From Gnetum montanum (Eukaryota; Plantae; Gnetophyta), in the NCBI GenBank assembly GCA_015680685.1, contig MNCI01001065.1, positions 1,574,178 to 1,638,177 on the forward strand: a DNA stretch of 64,000 nucleotides, given 5' to 3'. Below, piece by piece: positions 39,496-52,934 of the stretch. The position numbers were made by a program, and so were the translations under genes. Position 1 is the stretch's first letter. Every line of letters starts with the position of its first letter. The notes beneath the pieces are model-generated. The model saw only the letters and a list, made by a program, of their open reading frames with translations. It did not search any database and had not been told where the DNA came from.

Positions 39496-42010
39496 TATCT
39501 AACATTCATGTAATCCATTTCCTCTCACCACATTGTCTTATGCCATGGTAAATTAATAGATTTATTTTATATTTTCCATAATCCTAAGACAATTCCTCAT
39601 GTGGAAATGAAATTTAACTTAAAATAGCCATTTATCATTTTAGATGCCTATGGACTCCTTATGATGAGGTTATGCAAGGGCATAATAGAGAGAAGCCTAC
39701 TTTGGGGAGGACCCACTTGCATATCTTTTGGTTTACTTTAAGTTCAATAGCCTAACAATAGGTCCCATGATAATCTTGACCATCTCGATAGCTTGAAATA
39801 TCTAGTTTTTACTCGACTTTAGCATAAGAAACATCCTTCAATAACTTATCCCATATGCTTAAATTGCTTCAATATCCTAAACCATACCCTCCATTGTGTT
39901 GTTACTATGATTTTTAGTTTTTTGACTTCCATTTGACACTTATTTCAACCCCAAACTCATCCAAAATTCCTTGATATCTTAAGTGAAAAATATAGCTATG
40001 AATAATTGTGTCGATGCATCCCCATTGATGTAGAGAGATGAGTCGACGTAGCCCCGTTGATGCATCTTCATCAATGTGGCATAAAAATCCTATAAATACA
40101 CATGACACTTAGCTCTTTCATCCTTTCTAACAAATCCAAGAGGAGTTTTTATCATTTTTATAGCTCAAAGTCTTCCAAGAGCCATAAGTTCTTACCCATT
40201 TAACTGATTCCACTTGTTCCTTGATTCTTGAGCTACTAGAGGTACACTTTACATCATGGAAGCATCAAACCCTAGGATTTCATTGAAAAGTTTTTGGAAA
40301 TTTTTCTAACTCCCCATGAATAAGATATTAAAATAATATTAAATTAATGATCATAAGAGTTAATATCAACAATCAACCTTTGTTAAAACATAAATAAAAT
40401 AATATAATAATCCTAAAATCACTAAATAAGGACTTAACTATAAAATCCTAACATTTGATCAATAAACATAACTTGATCAAACAAAGAAAGATATAAAAAT
40501 AAAACAAAGATTATGCATAAGTAACTAATCCTAGGTTATGTTTGTGATCGCAAATGATGCCTAAGAGAGGATCGCAGGTAGAAACCTAGGAAAAAGTGAT
40601 CACATAGTAAAGGGATCAACAACAAAAATTTCAATAATAGCCCCAAGAGCAAACAGGCAAGGCTACCCATGCTACTAAGCCCTTATGTGCAAAGCCCAAG
40701 GTGGAATCTGTCTATCACATTCCTATAGCTTAAATAGGATAATCAAGGAGGGATGAAGTCCCAAGACTAAGATCTAATCTAAAGGTCACACTCATAGAAG
40801 CTTGCCTAGAGAAGGTCCATACTAAGGAAATCTAGAGCTCCATCTACTAAGAGTTTAATTTTAAACTAATCTTGAAGCTTGTATTAGAAGAGGTCAAAAC
40901 ACAAATTTTAAGGGGTGGGTCTTCACTATGATCCATTCTCTTCAATAATGAGAAATGGTACATGAAAGAAACTTACCTATTCTAGAACAACTAACAAGGA
41001 GATGCCACTATTAAAATCAAGGATAACACCATCTTCTACTAGATTGTGGCAATTATAGAGGCCCTTAGATTACCAAACACTAGGAAAAAGCTAGTAGAAA
41101 TATCTACTTAAGTAGACCTAGAGGTTAAGAAAAAGTGGATTCAGTGGTGCTATGAAGTGGATCATAAGGAGTATGGTGCCTTCACTAAGGCAAAGTGAGC
41201 ATACTTCAAGATTATGACCTATCATCTCAATCCAATAATGAGGCCAAAAAAGATCATATCCTTCTCCACCATGACATTTGTAGCTTTAAGCAAGAAATGT
41301 CTAGTCAACCTACCACAACTCATCTTCCTTGAAATCACAAAGCATTTCAAGGAGAAATAGAACTATAGAAAGACACTTCCCTTTCCATGTTTTATCAGAA
41401 AACTTTGTAAAAAGGGAAGGATAGTCCACTATTCAAATGATGTGGTCTCCAGAGCTCCTACTACATCTTGGTAGGAAATAATAAAAGATAAAGCTTCTAC
41501 TAAGCTTCAACAAGAGGAGTAATCACCACCACCTAAAGCACCAGAGACAACACTTGAAATGTTAATAGCTACAAAGCATGTAAGAAAGCTCAAAGAGTAG
41601 TAGCTATAATAACAGCAAGCCTCTAGTGGTGGTAAAGAATCTTGATATACCATTCAACCATGAGCCATCTAAATGAGATCATAATGATCATCAGGTGATT
41701 GGATAATGAGATGATACCATTATTCTTGTCATAAAGAAACCAAATAGCTATTCACTCTAATCCTAGTGCCAGAGAAGTCACTATGTCCATACTAGGATAA
41801 GAATTCCCTAAAATTCCTGAGAATGAAGTAGCCTTCTTTGTAATGCAAGAAGAAGGTGAGGGATCAACTATCCTAGTTATGTCACATAAGGAATATGAGA
41901 TAACAATAGAGGTGGTGGTAGACCATGTTTAAGAAGCTATAAGTGCTCATGCTACATCTATTTCTAATGTTGTTTCCATGGTAGATGTCCAAGCATTAGT
42001 AAGAGTAGGG

Positions 42011-45000
42011 TGTTGATCATTGAACTTAGAAGGGGGGATGAATAAGTTCCCCAAATCAAACCTCTATGAAACATGACACACACAAAAATTTATGTGGTTC
42101 TCCAACTTGGGTACTGTACACTCGAAGGGTAGATCGCAAGCACATATCTAGACTTTGTTACTCTCAAAATGTAGTTGAAGGGTCCACACCTTGTACAGTT
42201 TTCAAGCCTCACTCCAAAGTGTTATACCATAGCAGCAATCACTCAACCCTACAAGGTCCCATCAGGCTTGAAAATGTGGTTTCAAGGATTTCAAAACCTT
42301 TATAATCTTGAGCTCCACATCGAAGTGTTGTACTATAGCACCAACAACTCAATCTCGTAGGATCCCAACAAGCTCAAGCACATCAACCCTGTAGGACAAC
42401 AAGAACAAGAATTACAAGGGAGAATTGCAACTTAGTTTTCTGATCCTTGTATAGTTATGTGTCACACACTTTACAATGCCAAAATGATAATACAATGAGG
42501 AGCAATACAGAATTCAATTATTACAAATGATTGTACAATGAATACAATAATGCTTGCTCATTTCCCAATGCATATTAAGTCTTCATATAGCTACCATGTT
42601 TCTAAATCCTTCTTAAAACTTTTGCAAAAGCTAGCTAATGGTCAATAATAATCATGGGAGAGGTATTTCTTATGCCTAAGACATCTCTTTGAATTTTCCT
42701 TTAATACTAGGAAGATGTCTTTATTTCTTGAAAGATGTCTTTTTGAAGTATCCATATTGAAAAACATCTTTGTCTTTTGGAAGACATCTTTCTGTACTTG
42801 GTCTACATTCTATAAAGATGTATTTGCCTCATGAAATATGTCTTGTTGTTTTTGAAGAAGTCTTTGTCTGAGTTCACTCAAATTCTATCAAGACATCTTC
42901 TACTTTATAGAGATGTCTTTCTTCATCTTCCTTTTTCTTTTGAATCCTTTGTTCCTTGTCCATAGCCTTGGTCATCCAAGATCTTGTCCTATAAGCATAA
43001 CAACTACACATACACATACAAACAAACTTGTCTTTCATTGTTCTTAACATACCAAAACAAAAAGGTCCACAATCTCCCCCTTTTTGGTAATGTCAAAAAC
43101 TTAAGAAAATGGGTTAGTCTTGTCCCAATAATAATAACATAATCATAACACATTTTACCTACTTTTCCTCCTTTTTGGACATAACCAAAAAGGTGAGGCA
43201 AACTCCTCTTAAATAGATCCATAGAGAAAAGAAAATGTTTTTGGTATTCTGGTTTTTTTTATTTGGAATACAAAGAATATAAATTATCACATGATATGAC
43301 AAGGTCCTATCCTCATATCCTTGCATAGAGATGCGAATCAATGTTCATCTAAGGATTTTGTGAAGGCATCAGCTAGTTGACTTTTGGTTCCAATAAATTC
43401 TAGTCTGACATGACCATGTTGTGTATGCTCTTGTATGAAATGATGATGAATATTAATATGTTTGGTATGAGAATGTTGGATTAGATTCTTCGTCATGTTG
43501 ATGGCACTTATGTTATCACAATTGATAGGAGTTGAGTCTATGTTTACTGCCAGATCTTTAAAAGTCTCTCTCATCCAAATTAATTGAGCACAAGAACTAC
43601 CAGCAGAGATGTATTCAACTTCTACTATTGAAAGAGCTGTAGAGGTTTGCTTCTTGGTTGGCCAAGAAATGAGACTTCTTCCTCGAAAGAAATAATTACC
43701 ACTCATGCTATGATAATCATTAGAACATCCTACCTAATCTACATTATAATAATTGACAAGATCAAAGGGTGGAATCCTTTAGATACCAAAGGCCCTATTT
43801 AGTAGTACCTTTTAAGTAATGAAAAATTCATTTAATAACTTGGTAGTGAAAATATTTTGGAGCTAACTTATATTTGGCACACAATCCTACACTTAAAGCT
43901 ATATCTAGTTGACTTGTAGTTAGATAAATAAGACTACCAATCATACCTCTATAATGCTTGGGATTAACTGGATTATCTTGGTCATCTTTAACAAGTTTAG
44001 AATTTGTAGCCATTGGAGTACCTTTAACTTTAACATCAGCCAACATGTATTTTAGCAAAAGATCTTTTACATGCTTGGTTTTACATAAGAAGGTTCCATT
44101 AGTTGTTTGATAGATTTGAAACCCAAGAAAGTTCTCGAGTTCTCCCATTATATTGATTTCAAATTCAGAATGCATGAGATTAGAAAAATTCTTGCAAAGG
44201 ATTTCATTGGTGGCATCAAAACTAATATCATCAACATAGATTTGAACAATTAGAAGATCTTTTTATTCTCTCTTAATAAACAATGTAACATTAGCCTTAC
44301 CTCTTTCAAATTCATTAGATATGAGATGTTGGGAAAACCTTTCATAACAAGCTTTTAGAGCTTGTTTAAGATCATAGAGAACCTTCTTGAGCTTGTAGAC
44401 ATGATCAATCTTGATGGAATCAACAACCCTTTAGGTTGTTCAGTAGAAATTTTTTATTGTATGGTTTGATTCAGGAATGTACTTTTGACATTCATTTGAT
44501 AAAGCTTGATGTTTTTGGTACTTGCATAAGAAATAAGAATAATAGATTCCAAGCTAGCAACAAGAGCAAAAGTTTCATGAAAGTCTATTCCTTATTGTTG
44601 GTTGTATCCTTTGGCAACCAATCTAGCCTTGTTCTTTATGATGTTTTCATTTTCATCAATCTAGTTTCTAAAGATTCATTTAGTCTCAATACTAGGTTTA
44701 TCAATAAGTCTAGGTGGTAGTTACCATACATCATTTCTAGAAAATTAACTAAGTTCATCTTGCATAGCTGAATTCCACCCTTCATCTCTTTTAAACTCCT
44801 TAAAATTTTTAGGTTCAAGTTGAGAAAGATATGCGAAGAAAGCATAGATCTCTTTAATTTGGCATCTAGTATGAACACCATCTTGAACTTATACAATTAC
44901 ATCATTAATAGAGTGATTTTTGCTAACTTTGGAAATTTTTGGTAGAGTGGAAGATATTTCTTGATCATCATCATTTTCTTCCTCTTCATGTTCACTACTA

Positions 45001-48000
45001 GATTTTGAGTTCTTATCATCTTGTGCTAAAGTCACGTTGGAAAATTTTTGAATAGGAATAGTTTCATCATTAGGTTAAGGACAAGTAATGTCATAGTAAT
45101 ATATTTTAACATTTATGGTTTTCTCTACTGTATTTGTTCTTTTGTTAAAAAATTTGTATGCCACACTTACTAGAGAATAACTTAAGAAAATTCCTTCATT
45201 AAATTTTCCATCAAAAGTTCTCAAGATATCTTTATCATTTAGGATATAGAATTTTGAACCAAAAACATGAAAGTAAACTTTTGAGGGCTTTCTACTAGTA
45301 CATAATTCATAAGGAATTTTGGAAGTGAATCTTCTTAGTAGAACTCTATTAGACATGTAATAGGTAATGTTAATAGCTTTAGCCCAAAAGTGGTGAAGAA
45401 GATCTTGCTTATTTAATATCGTTCTCCCCATCTCATTCAAGATTCTATTCTTTCATTCAGTTACACCATTTTTTTGAGGAGTTCTTGTAGCAAAGAATTG
45501 ATGTAGAATATCATTCATTTGAAAAAACTATTAAAATTTTGCATTTTTAAACTCACATCCATTGTTACTTTTGATAACCTTAATATCATATCCTTTTTTT
45601 TATCTAATTGCTAATTCTCAAAAAATGATCAAACACTTCATCTTTGTAATATAAAAAGGCAACCCAAGTAAAGTGAGAATAATCATCAACAATAGTTAGA
45701 AAATGTCATTTCTTTCTTGGGCTAAGAGTTTGAATTCGACCAACTACATTAATATGAAGTAAGTCTAAGGGACAAGTAGTAGAAATAAATTTTTTCTTAC
45801 CAAATCTTACCCTTGTTTATTTTCCCCTTTGATAGGCTTCACATGTATTTAGGTTGAAATCTTTAATCTTAGGGAGACCACACACCATTTCTTTTGTCAC
45901 CAAGGTCTAGAAAATTTCCTTATTGATGTGGCCCAATTTGCTATGCCAAAGACATGTATCATCTACATAACTTACTAAACAGTTGGACTCAAGATTAGGA
46001 GAGTTTCCAAATATAGTAGTGTATACATTTCCTTTTCTAGATACTTCAATCATAATATTTCTAGTAGATAAATCTTGTATTCTACAACTTTCTTCTAAAA
46101 AGGTAACATTATAATTGGAGTCACATAGTTGGCTCACACTAAGTAAATTTTGTTTTAACCCATCAATAAAAAACACTTTGTTCATAGTGGGTAATCCCTT
46201 ACCCTTTCCCCCTATGGTACCAATACTTGTTATGGGTGCTTCCATGTCATCTCCAAATGTGACTGTACCAAAATTTTGTTCAATGAAGTAGGATTTGTCA
46301 CTTGTCTTTTGCCTTGAACACCCAATGTCAGTATACCATGTGCTAGAATTATCATTGGAGAAGGTAATTTATGCCATCAAATTCTTTTCAACCTTTCCTT
46401 CTTTCTCTATCCAACCCTGCATGGTTTTCTTTCTAGGCTAGTTTTGCAAAAACCAAGAGTGGAAATGCATTCTAAGATAATAATAAGCTTGAACATGACC
46501 ATATTTACCACAAAAGAAAAATTTCATGTTATTTAATCTAGATGATTTTCCAAACTTGGATAAATGTTGTTTTTGATTCTTAGGTTTCTCCAACGAGCTC
46601 TTGTTCAACTGCTCAAACATTCTTGTCAATTTTTGAATCTCAGCCCTAAGGTTTGAGTTTTTCCTCTTAAGTTAAGAGCATTCATCATTAAGAATTTTTA
46701 TTTTTATTTCATAGGAATGTAAAGAATCTTTTATTTCAATGCAAAAATTTTAAAAATAAAGAATGCTATAACAAGTTGTTTCATACCTATCTTCAAAGGA
46801 AGCATTATTTTGATAATTACAAGAATTGTTAACTTTACAAGTAGAATCCTCTTTCTTTATAAATGTAAGCAAGGAAATAATATACTTACCTTGATAAAAG
46901 AGGTGAAAAATGAATTGAATGCACTGGCTGATAATGTTCATTAGATTTTGTCTAATGCGAAGTGTTCCTTCCATGTTCACTATTGGAAAGAGCAAGAGTA
47001 CCAAGCTTCCATACCACTTGTTGATCATTGAACATAGAAGGGGGGGATGAATCAGTTTCCCAAATTGAACCTTTATGAAACACAATGCACACAAAAATTT
47101 ATGTGGTTCCCCAACTTGGGTACTCCACACTTGGAGGATAGATCGTAAGCACAACTTTGGACATTATTGCTCTCAAAATGTTGTTGAAGGATCCACATCT
47201 TATATAGTCTTCAAGATCTACTCCAGAGTGTTGTATCTTAGTAGCAATCACTCAACCCTCCAAGGTCTTGTTAGGCTTTGAAATATGGTTTCAAGGCTTC
47301 CACAACCCTTACACTCTTAAGCTCTGGACTAGAGTGTTGTACCACAACACCAAAAACTCAATCTTGCAAGATCCTAACAAGCTCAAGTACATCAAATTCA
47401 CAGGGCAACCAGAACAAGGATTACAAGGGAGAATTACAACTTAGTTTTTTGATCCCTGTACAGTTAGGTATAGCACACTTTACAATGCCAAAGTGATAAT
47501 ATAATGAGGAGAAACATAGAATTTAATGATTATAAATGATTATACAATGAATACAATAATGCTTGCCCATTTCCCAATGCACATCAAGTCTTCTTATAAT
47601 TTCCATGTTTCTAAATCCTTCTCGGAACTTGTGCAATGGATAGCTAACAATCAATAATAGTCATGGGAGATGTCTTTCTTGTGCCTAAGATGTCTATGTA
47701 AATTTGGCTTCAATACTAGGAAGGTGTCTTTGTTTCTTGAAAGATTTCTTTTGGAAGTCTTCATCATGGAATATGTCTTTCTGTACTTGGTTTGCATTTT
47801 GTAAAGATGTCTTTACCTCATGAAAGACATCTTTATCTAAGAAACACATCTTGCTATTTCTAAAGATATATTTGTCTAAGTTCACTCCAATTCTACCAAA
47901 ACATCTTCTACTTCCCAAAGATGTCTTTCTTCATCTTCCTTTATCTTTTGAATCCTTCATTCCTTGTCCATAGCCTTGGTCATCCAAACTCTTGTCCTAC

Positions 48001-48091
48001 AAGCACAACAACTACACACATACACACATACAAAAAAACTTATCTTCCTTTTTTCTTAATGTTTTAACATACCAAAATTAAAAGGTCCACA
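42011..48091 (-). mobile_element. Full-length Ty1/copia, Sirevirus (SIRE)-like
   Basis: LTRs 42011-43071 and 47019-48091; TSD TAGGG/TAGGA; PBS TGGTATGGAAGC (47005-47016, iMet-like); PPT CCAAAAAGGGGGAGAT (43072-43087) with further upstream PPT-like copies; ATTCATCCCCCC near the LTR 3' end. Confidence 0.92.
43338..46629 (-). pseudogene. Copia gag-pol remnant (zinc knuckle, PR, GAG-pre-integrase, INT, RT, RNase H)
   Basis: FFCGKYGH; GLKQNLLSVSQLCD; LWHSKLGH; FWAKAI..YMSNRV; GELENFLGFQI; YRGMIGSLIYLT; CDNISAI..HTKHI..QLADAFTKSL; in copia domain order with stops. Confidence 0.92.
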
Positions 48092-50963
48092 TAGGAACCA
48101 AAAGGATGAGTGCTACCCAGCATGAAGAAGTATTGAAATGACTAGTGGAAGCTAGGTAACTAATTTTGGAGATCTTTTATCTCCTAGAAGACATATCAAC
48201 CACCCAGTTACAACTATTGAAGATAAGTGACAAGATCTTGATTACAAACACATAACTCAAGGAGGCTACTATTAGAAATGAATGGTTGGCCCACAAGGTT
48301 ACATAACTTCAAGCCCACTTGTCAAACCTTACCATCTTCAGGCCATAACTAATAAAAAATAAAGCTTTCTAATAGCTTTAGAAAAAATATCAAGAGATCA
48401 TGAATGCTAAATAAATGATTATCTTTGATGCATCATTGTTAAAATCAATGGCAAATTCCACTGACCATGACCTCTCTCAAGTTTGCAAAGAAAATCTGGC
48501 ACTAACCCATAATAATCATCACCTATAGAATATTGAGTAACAAAAAGATCAAATAATGGAGTACATTCGACAACAGTAGGAATAACTTACCAAGTTGAAC
48601 TTGGATCTAAGGAGGTTGGTTGTAGAAAATAGGAATCTCTCAATGGAGAAGGTTTGAGCCCTTCACTAGAGGATTGCAATTGAGGTCACCACCCAAAATA
48701 ATGAATTCCTAAACTATGAATGAGTCAAAAACCACTATAGGGACCATGTTGAAATGCTTGAGGAACTCAACAAAAAGGAAATCAAGTTAGCTAAGGTAAA
48801 GGTAAACGAGACCCTCTAACAACTCCAAGAAATAGGCATTCTATGGCAGCCCATTTTGAGCTACTCAACACATATAACTAAGTGAAGATAGGCTTGAAGG
48901 AGTTACAAATCGAGAAAATGATCAAATACATGGAGTTTTCTAACCTCTAATATGTAAACTTGATAATGCTAATAGCAAGGGGGGTCCAAAATAGAATTAG
49001 AGAAGTGGAAATTCTTACCTCCTCTATGAGGCAAAGTTCAAGCTTCACAAAGAGACTAAACAGAAGTTGGAAGTGACTAACATGGAGCTTGAAGTTTGAA
49101 GGAGAAAATTCATGGATCAATGATCCATTGTTGAGAATGAAGCCAAGAGGTCAAGTGACTACTAGGAGCTACAAAACCTTGTCCATACATTTGACAATAA
49201 ACGTAACCAGTTCGTCTCATGGTTTTTCAATATGAAGAAGATATTTCCTACACTAGCATGCCTATGAGATATTCTTGCAATAGCACATATGGATGCCTTT
49301 CAATTTTTGGCACAAGAAAAAGAAGAAAAGATGAAAGAACTTCTAAATTCCTTTTCAATAGCAACAATAGCAATAGAAAGATAGCCCAAGCCTCCAGTAG
49401 AGCCGAGACATGATGAAGGACCCTTCACATGAAGAATAGTCTAACGACTTCATCCCATCTTCACCTATTCAACTAGGAGCTACCAATTTTTTTCAAGTGT
49501 TATAATTCTTTATAAATTACACCAATTTTTTACTCTATACAACATGGCACTCAATCATTGTTTTATTTATTTGAGTTAGTTAGTCGGTTACTTTCATAGT
49601 TCTTCAAATTTTGTAAGAAACTTAATCCCATTTTTTTCACTCAAGGACAACTACATCAACACAAACCCATTGATGTATCTTAAGATGTGTTGGTACATGT
49701 ACGTATATGCTAATCCTCTCGTAGACTATATAAGCATACCGACCATATTTATGGCACCATTTAGTCAATTCCTTGGCCAAAATATTGTAGTTCCTTTTTG
49801 TAACCTTAATAAACTTTTTCCTCTAGGTTCCTGTAGTGTGGATTGAATTGATTATATGGAATTTTATTCGAGTATAATATGTACCTAGACATAATTGCAT
49901 GAACAACAATAAAATCAAGATTTCTACTATTCATTGTAGTATTTGGATTAGTTTAGGTTTATTTTCTAGTATTTTACTTTGAATGTAATTTACTTTCTTG
50001 TTCTTAAGCAATTAATATTCTAATTTGTAAGTAACATGAGTATGAACACTTTCAAACATAATCTACTAATGCTTGGTAATCCTAGCAATGAACACTTGGT
50101 ACACCTAGCAATAAACACTTGCTAACTCAGTAGTGCTAATATATGTTCAAGATCTATATGGAAAGTGGGAACACATGCTTCATGTTTAGGGTAGTTTGGT
50201 TAATTAATTAGTAAACATAAATATTCAATCCTTTGTTTAATTAATCATTTTACAACTAAATAAAATAATAAAAAATTATAAAAATAAATATATTGCACCT
50301 CAATCGCAATTAGCCATATGAACAAATTAACACAATTGTTGATTGGGAAGACAACAACCAGAAATCATTTCTTTAACTATCTAAGAATATAGGCCACTTA
50401 GGTAAACAAAGTCCATAGAATTTGACTAGATTATATGTAAACGTTAGTGATTAGTATGGTTGGGCATAGGGAATACCCACTGCTCATCATCTTTGAAGTT
50501 AATCCTTAGTCTACATCTTGCCTTAATAAAAATGATAATTGTTATCTTTCACAACTTTTACTCAGTTTTATCTTTAGTCATGTTTACTTGTTTGAGTCCA
50601 TTGGTAAGCAACTAGTAAAAACATAAAAATACAATAATTATTACATTAATTTTAAGGAAATTAGTAGAGTGGTAGTAAGCTTGCTAATTATTGTTTGAGA
50701 TTTTAAGAGTTTGATTTTTCTTATTTTTATTTTTATTTTTTTATAAATGGATATAAGGATTGGTAATACAATGTCTACCTACAAAACGAGATAGATGTAA
50801 CCCATTATATAAGAGTTTTCCATCACAAGGCTACTCTACTATTACCACACCTATAAGTGCAGGTAAGAATTGAATTCACAAAATTTGAACTAAGAGATGA
50901 GTTTCTTGATCACTGCATAAAAATTACTTAGTATGTTCCATATCATATACATGTCATATATTT

Positions 50964-51035
50964 CTATGTAGAAGTCATTAAAGATAATGATTGATAGTGC
51001 TATGTAGAAGTCATTAAAGATAATGATTGATAGTG
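50964..51035. repeat. Perfect 36-bp tandem duplication
   Basis: CTATGTAGAAGTCATTAAAGATAATGATTGATAGTG x2. Confidence 0.9.
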
Positions 51036-51624
51036 CTATTAAGATATTAACCATGTTAAATAAATAAAAAAATCAACTAAAATATTTTTAGTAACAAATA
51101 AGGAAATTAAAAAGGAGAAAGTGGTATTTTTGGGAAACAAATTAAGTTTAGTTATTTATAGAGACAAATGATGAAAAACAACTCATAATTAATCCTTTAT
51201 TATTGGATAATACTATGATCATAGTGATGTAACTATTGTTAGGAGTAGAATCTTCCTCCATACTAACAATTAAAGTTCTTTAATTATTTTTTCAAAATAT
51301 CAATGGTAAGACTATACACGTTGATGGTTTTGAAATTGGAAAGTTTTTTCTTTCGATATATTTTTTTCAATGACTCAATATCAAGTTTGTAATATACTTT
51401 GAATTTTCTTTGCTTATTATCAATATTTTTTTGTGGTCCAATACTTGAACTTTAGTAACCTAAAAGTTTTTAGTGAAAAATTAGAAATATACTCCACATG
51501 AATAATATTTTCTAATAAAAACATCATCACCATAATGTCTTTGTTCCAATGACATTAGCTAACCTATTTTGTGTAAAGAGATGATTTGCTAACAATATAT
51601 TTTTATCATTGTCAATAATAGTTG

Positions 51625-51788
51625 GGGGGTGTTGGAACCTAAAATAAATAAAACATAAATACATCCCAAGATATATAGTCCAATTAGAACTTTATTTAAC
51701 TTAGCATTTCCTATTGGAATCAAACCCATGACATAGCATTTCCAAATCAACTATCTTACCATAGGCTAACACCTCATTGTTATTGTCA
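51625..51788 (-). mobile_element. tRNA-derived SINE
   Basis: A-box TAGCCTATGG and B-box GGTTTGATTCC on the minus strand; flanked by the 13-bp direct repeat TCAATAATAGTTG (51612-51624, 51789-51801); ends GGTTCCAACACCCCC. Confidence 0.75.
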
Positions 51789-52125
51789 TCAATAATAGTT
51801 GATTCAAGTGATTAGCTCATTATCTACAATGATTTGTGAGTAGTAAGATTTCAATTTCAATTGTGATTAATACATCATTATATTTCTATATATTTCTTTT
51901 AATATATCATGTTGACTAAATGTCTTAAAGTGTAATTATAGTTAAATTTATTTTAGGGTCTAAAAATAATACTTCAACCTCCTCAGTGATGTTGGTTTTC
52001 TAATTGATATTATGATCCTTGAATATATATTTTTACCTTACTCCTAAAAGGTATGTATCTTAACAAAGCTTATTAGGATGGAAATTGTGACCCATCCAAT
52101 AACAAGCTACATGTTGTTACAAAGT

Positions 52126-52270
52126 GGGATGTTGGAACCCAAAATAATTATAATATAAGCACATCGTAAGATATATAGTCCAAATAGAACTTTATAACTC
52201 AACATTGTCCACTAGAATTGAACCCATCACTTGGAGCTTTAAAATCAAGAGTCTTGCAACTAGGTGTCAT
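52126..52270 (-). mobile_element. tRNA-derived SINE (same family)
   Basis: Matches 51625-51788 (GTTGGAACC...AGATATATAGTCCAA.TAGAACTTTAT); B-box GGTTCAATTCT. Confidence 0.7.
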
Positions 52271-52789
52271 TAACAATTTTGAAAATATGTTATTGATATG
52301 TGCAAATATATATATAATAAATGATTTTTTAGCTTGGAGGCATTGAAACTTTAAAAAAATTTAGAAAGGGTAGGGATATATTGGACCCAAAAAATAATAT
52401 TAATAATAAGTAAAACAACATTTAGAGTACATCACATGCTTGAAACTAAGTATTGAACACCAAAAAAAAACAACATGAAAAGAAAAGTCTTTCCAATTAC
52501 AAGGATGTCTCCTAAAGTGTACGACCTTATAGTTGATATTTTTGACAAATAAAATAGATGAAAACTAATTATTAGCTTGGAGGATATCCCTTACCCTAAC
52601 AACATTTACATCAAATTTAAAATTTATTCTTAAACTTAAAATAGTGAAAGAATTTGAGGTAGTAATAGAAAGTTGTAATAACATATTAGCATCTCAAAGA
52701 ATATAAGAAATTGGTAGCATGTAATCTACATCATCATTAATTTTTTGCTTAATATTAATCTTGAATTGATAACTTCAACTATAGTAAAC

Positions 52790-52934
52790 AATGAGGTGTT
52801 AGGCTAGTGGTATCAATCTTGGCCTAGTAACTCGAAGTCATAGGTTCGATTCTAATTAGTATCACTAAGTTATAAACTTATATAAATCTTGGGGTGTACC
52901 TATGCTTCAATTAATTTGGATTCCAACACCTCCC
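52790..52934 (+). mobile_element. tRNA-derived SINE (same family)
   Basis: AATGAGGTGTTAGGCTAGTGG (A box)...GGTTCGATTCT (B box)...GGATTCCAACACC. Confidence 0.75.

Larger units (their letters stand above)
39650..50489 (+). mobile_element. 5'-truncated second Athila-like element (env-like ORF plus degraded 3' LTR), split by a copia insertion
   Basis: CCTACTTTGGGGGAGGACCCACTTGC (about 39695) matches 14131; env-like ORF from 40557 (MPKRG...TLPFPCFIRKLC) resumes after 48091 to about 49440; LTR of about 49670-50489 ends GTATGGTTGGGCATAGGG...CTCATCA. Confidence 0.8.

Noticed and set aside
52790-52870. Possible tRNA gene
   Set aside because: A and B boxes are present but there is no acceptor-stem pairing; it is one of several diverged SINE copies.
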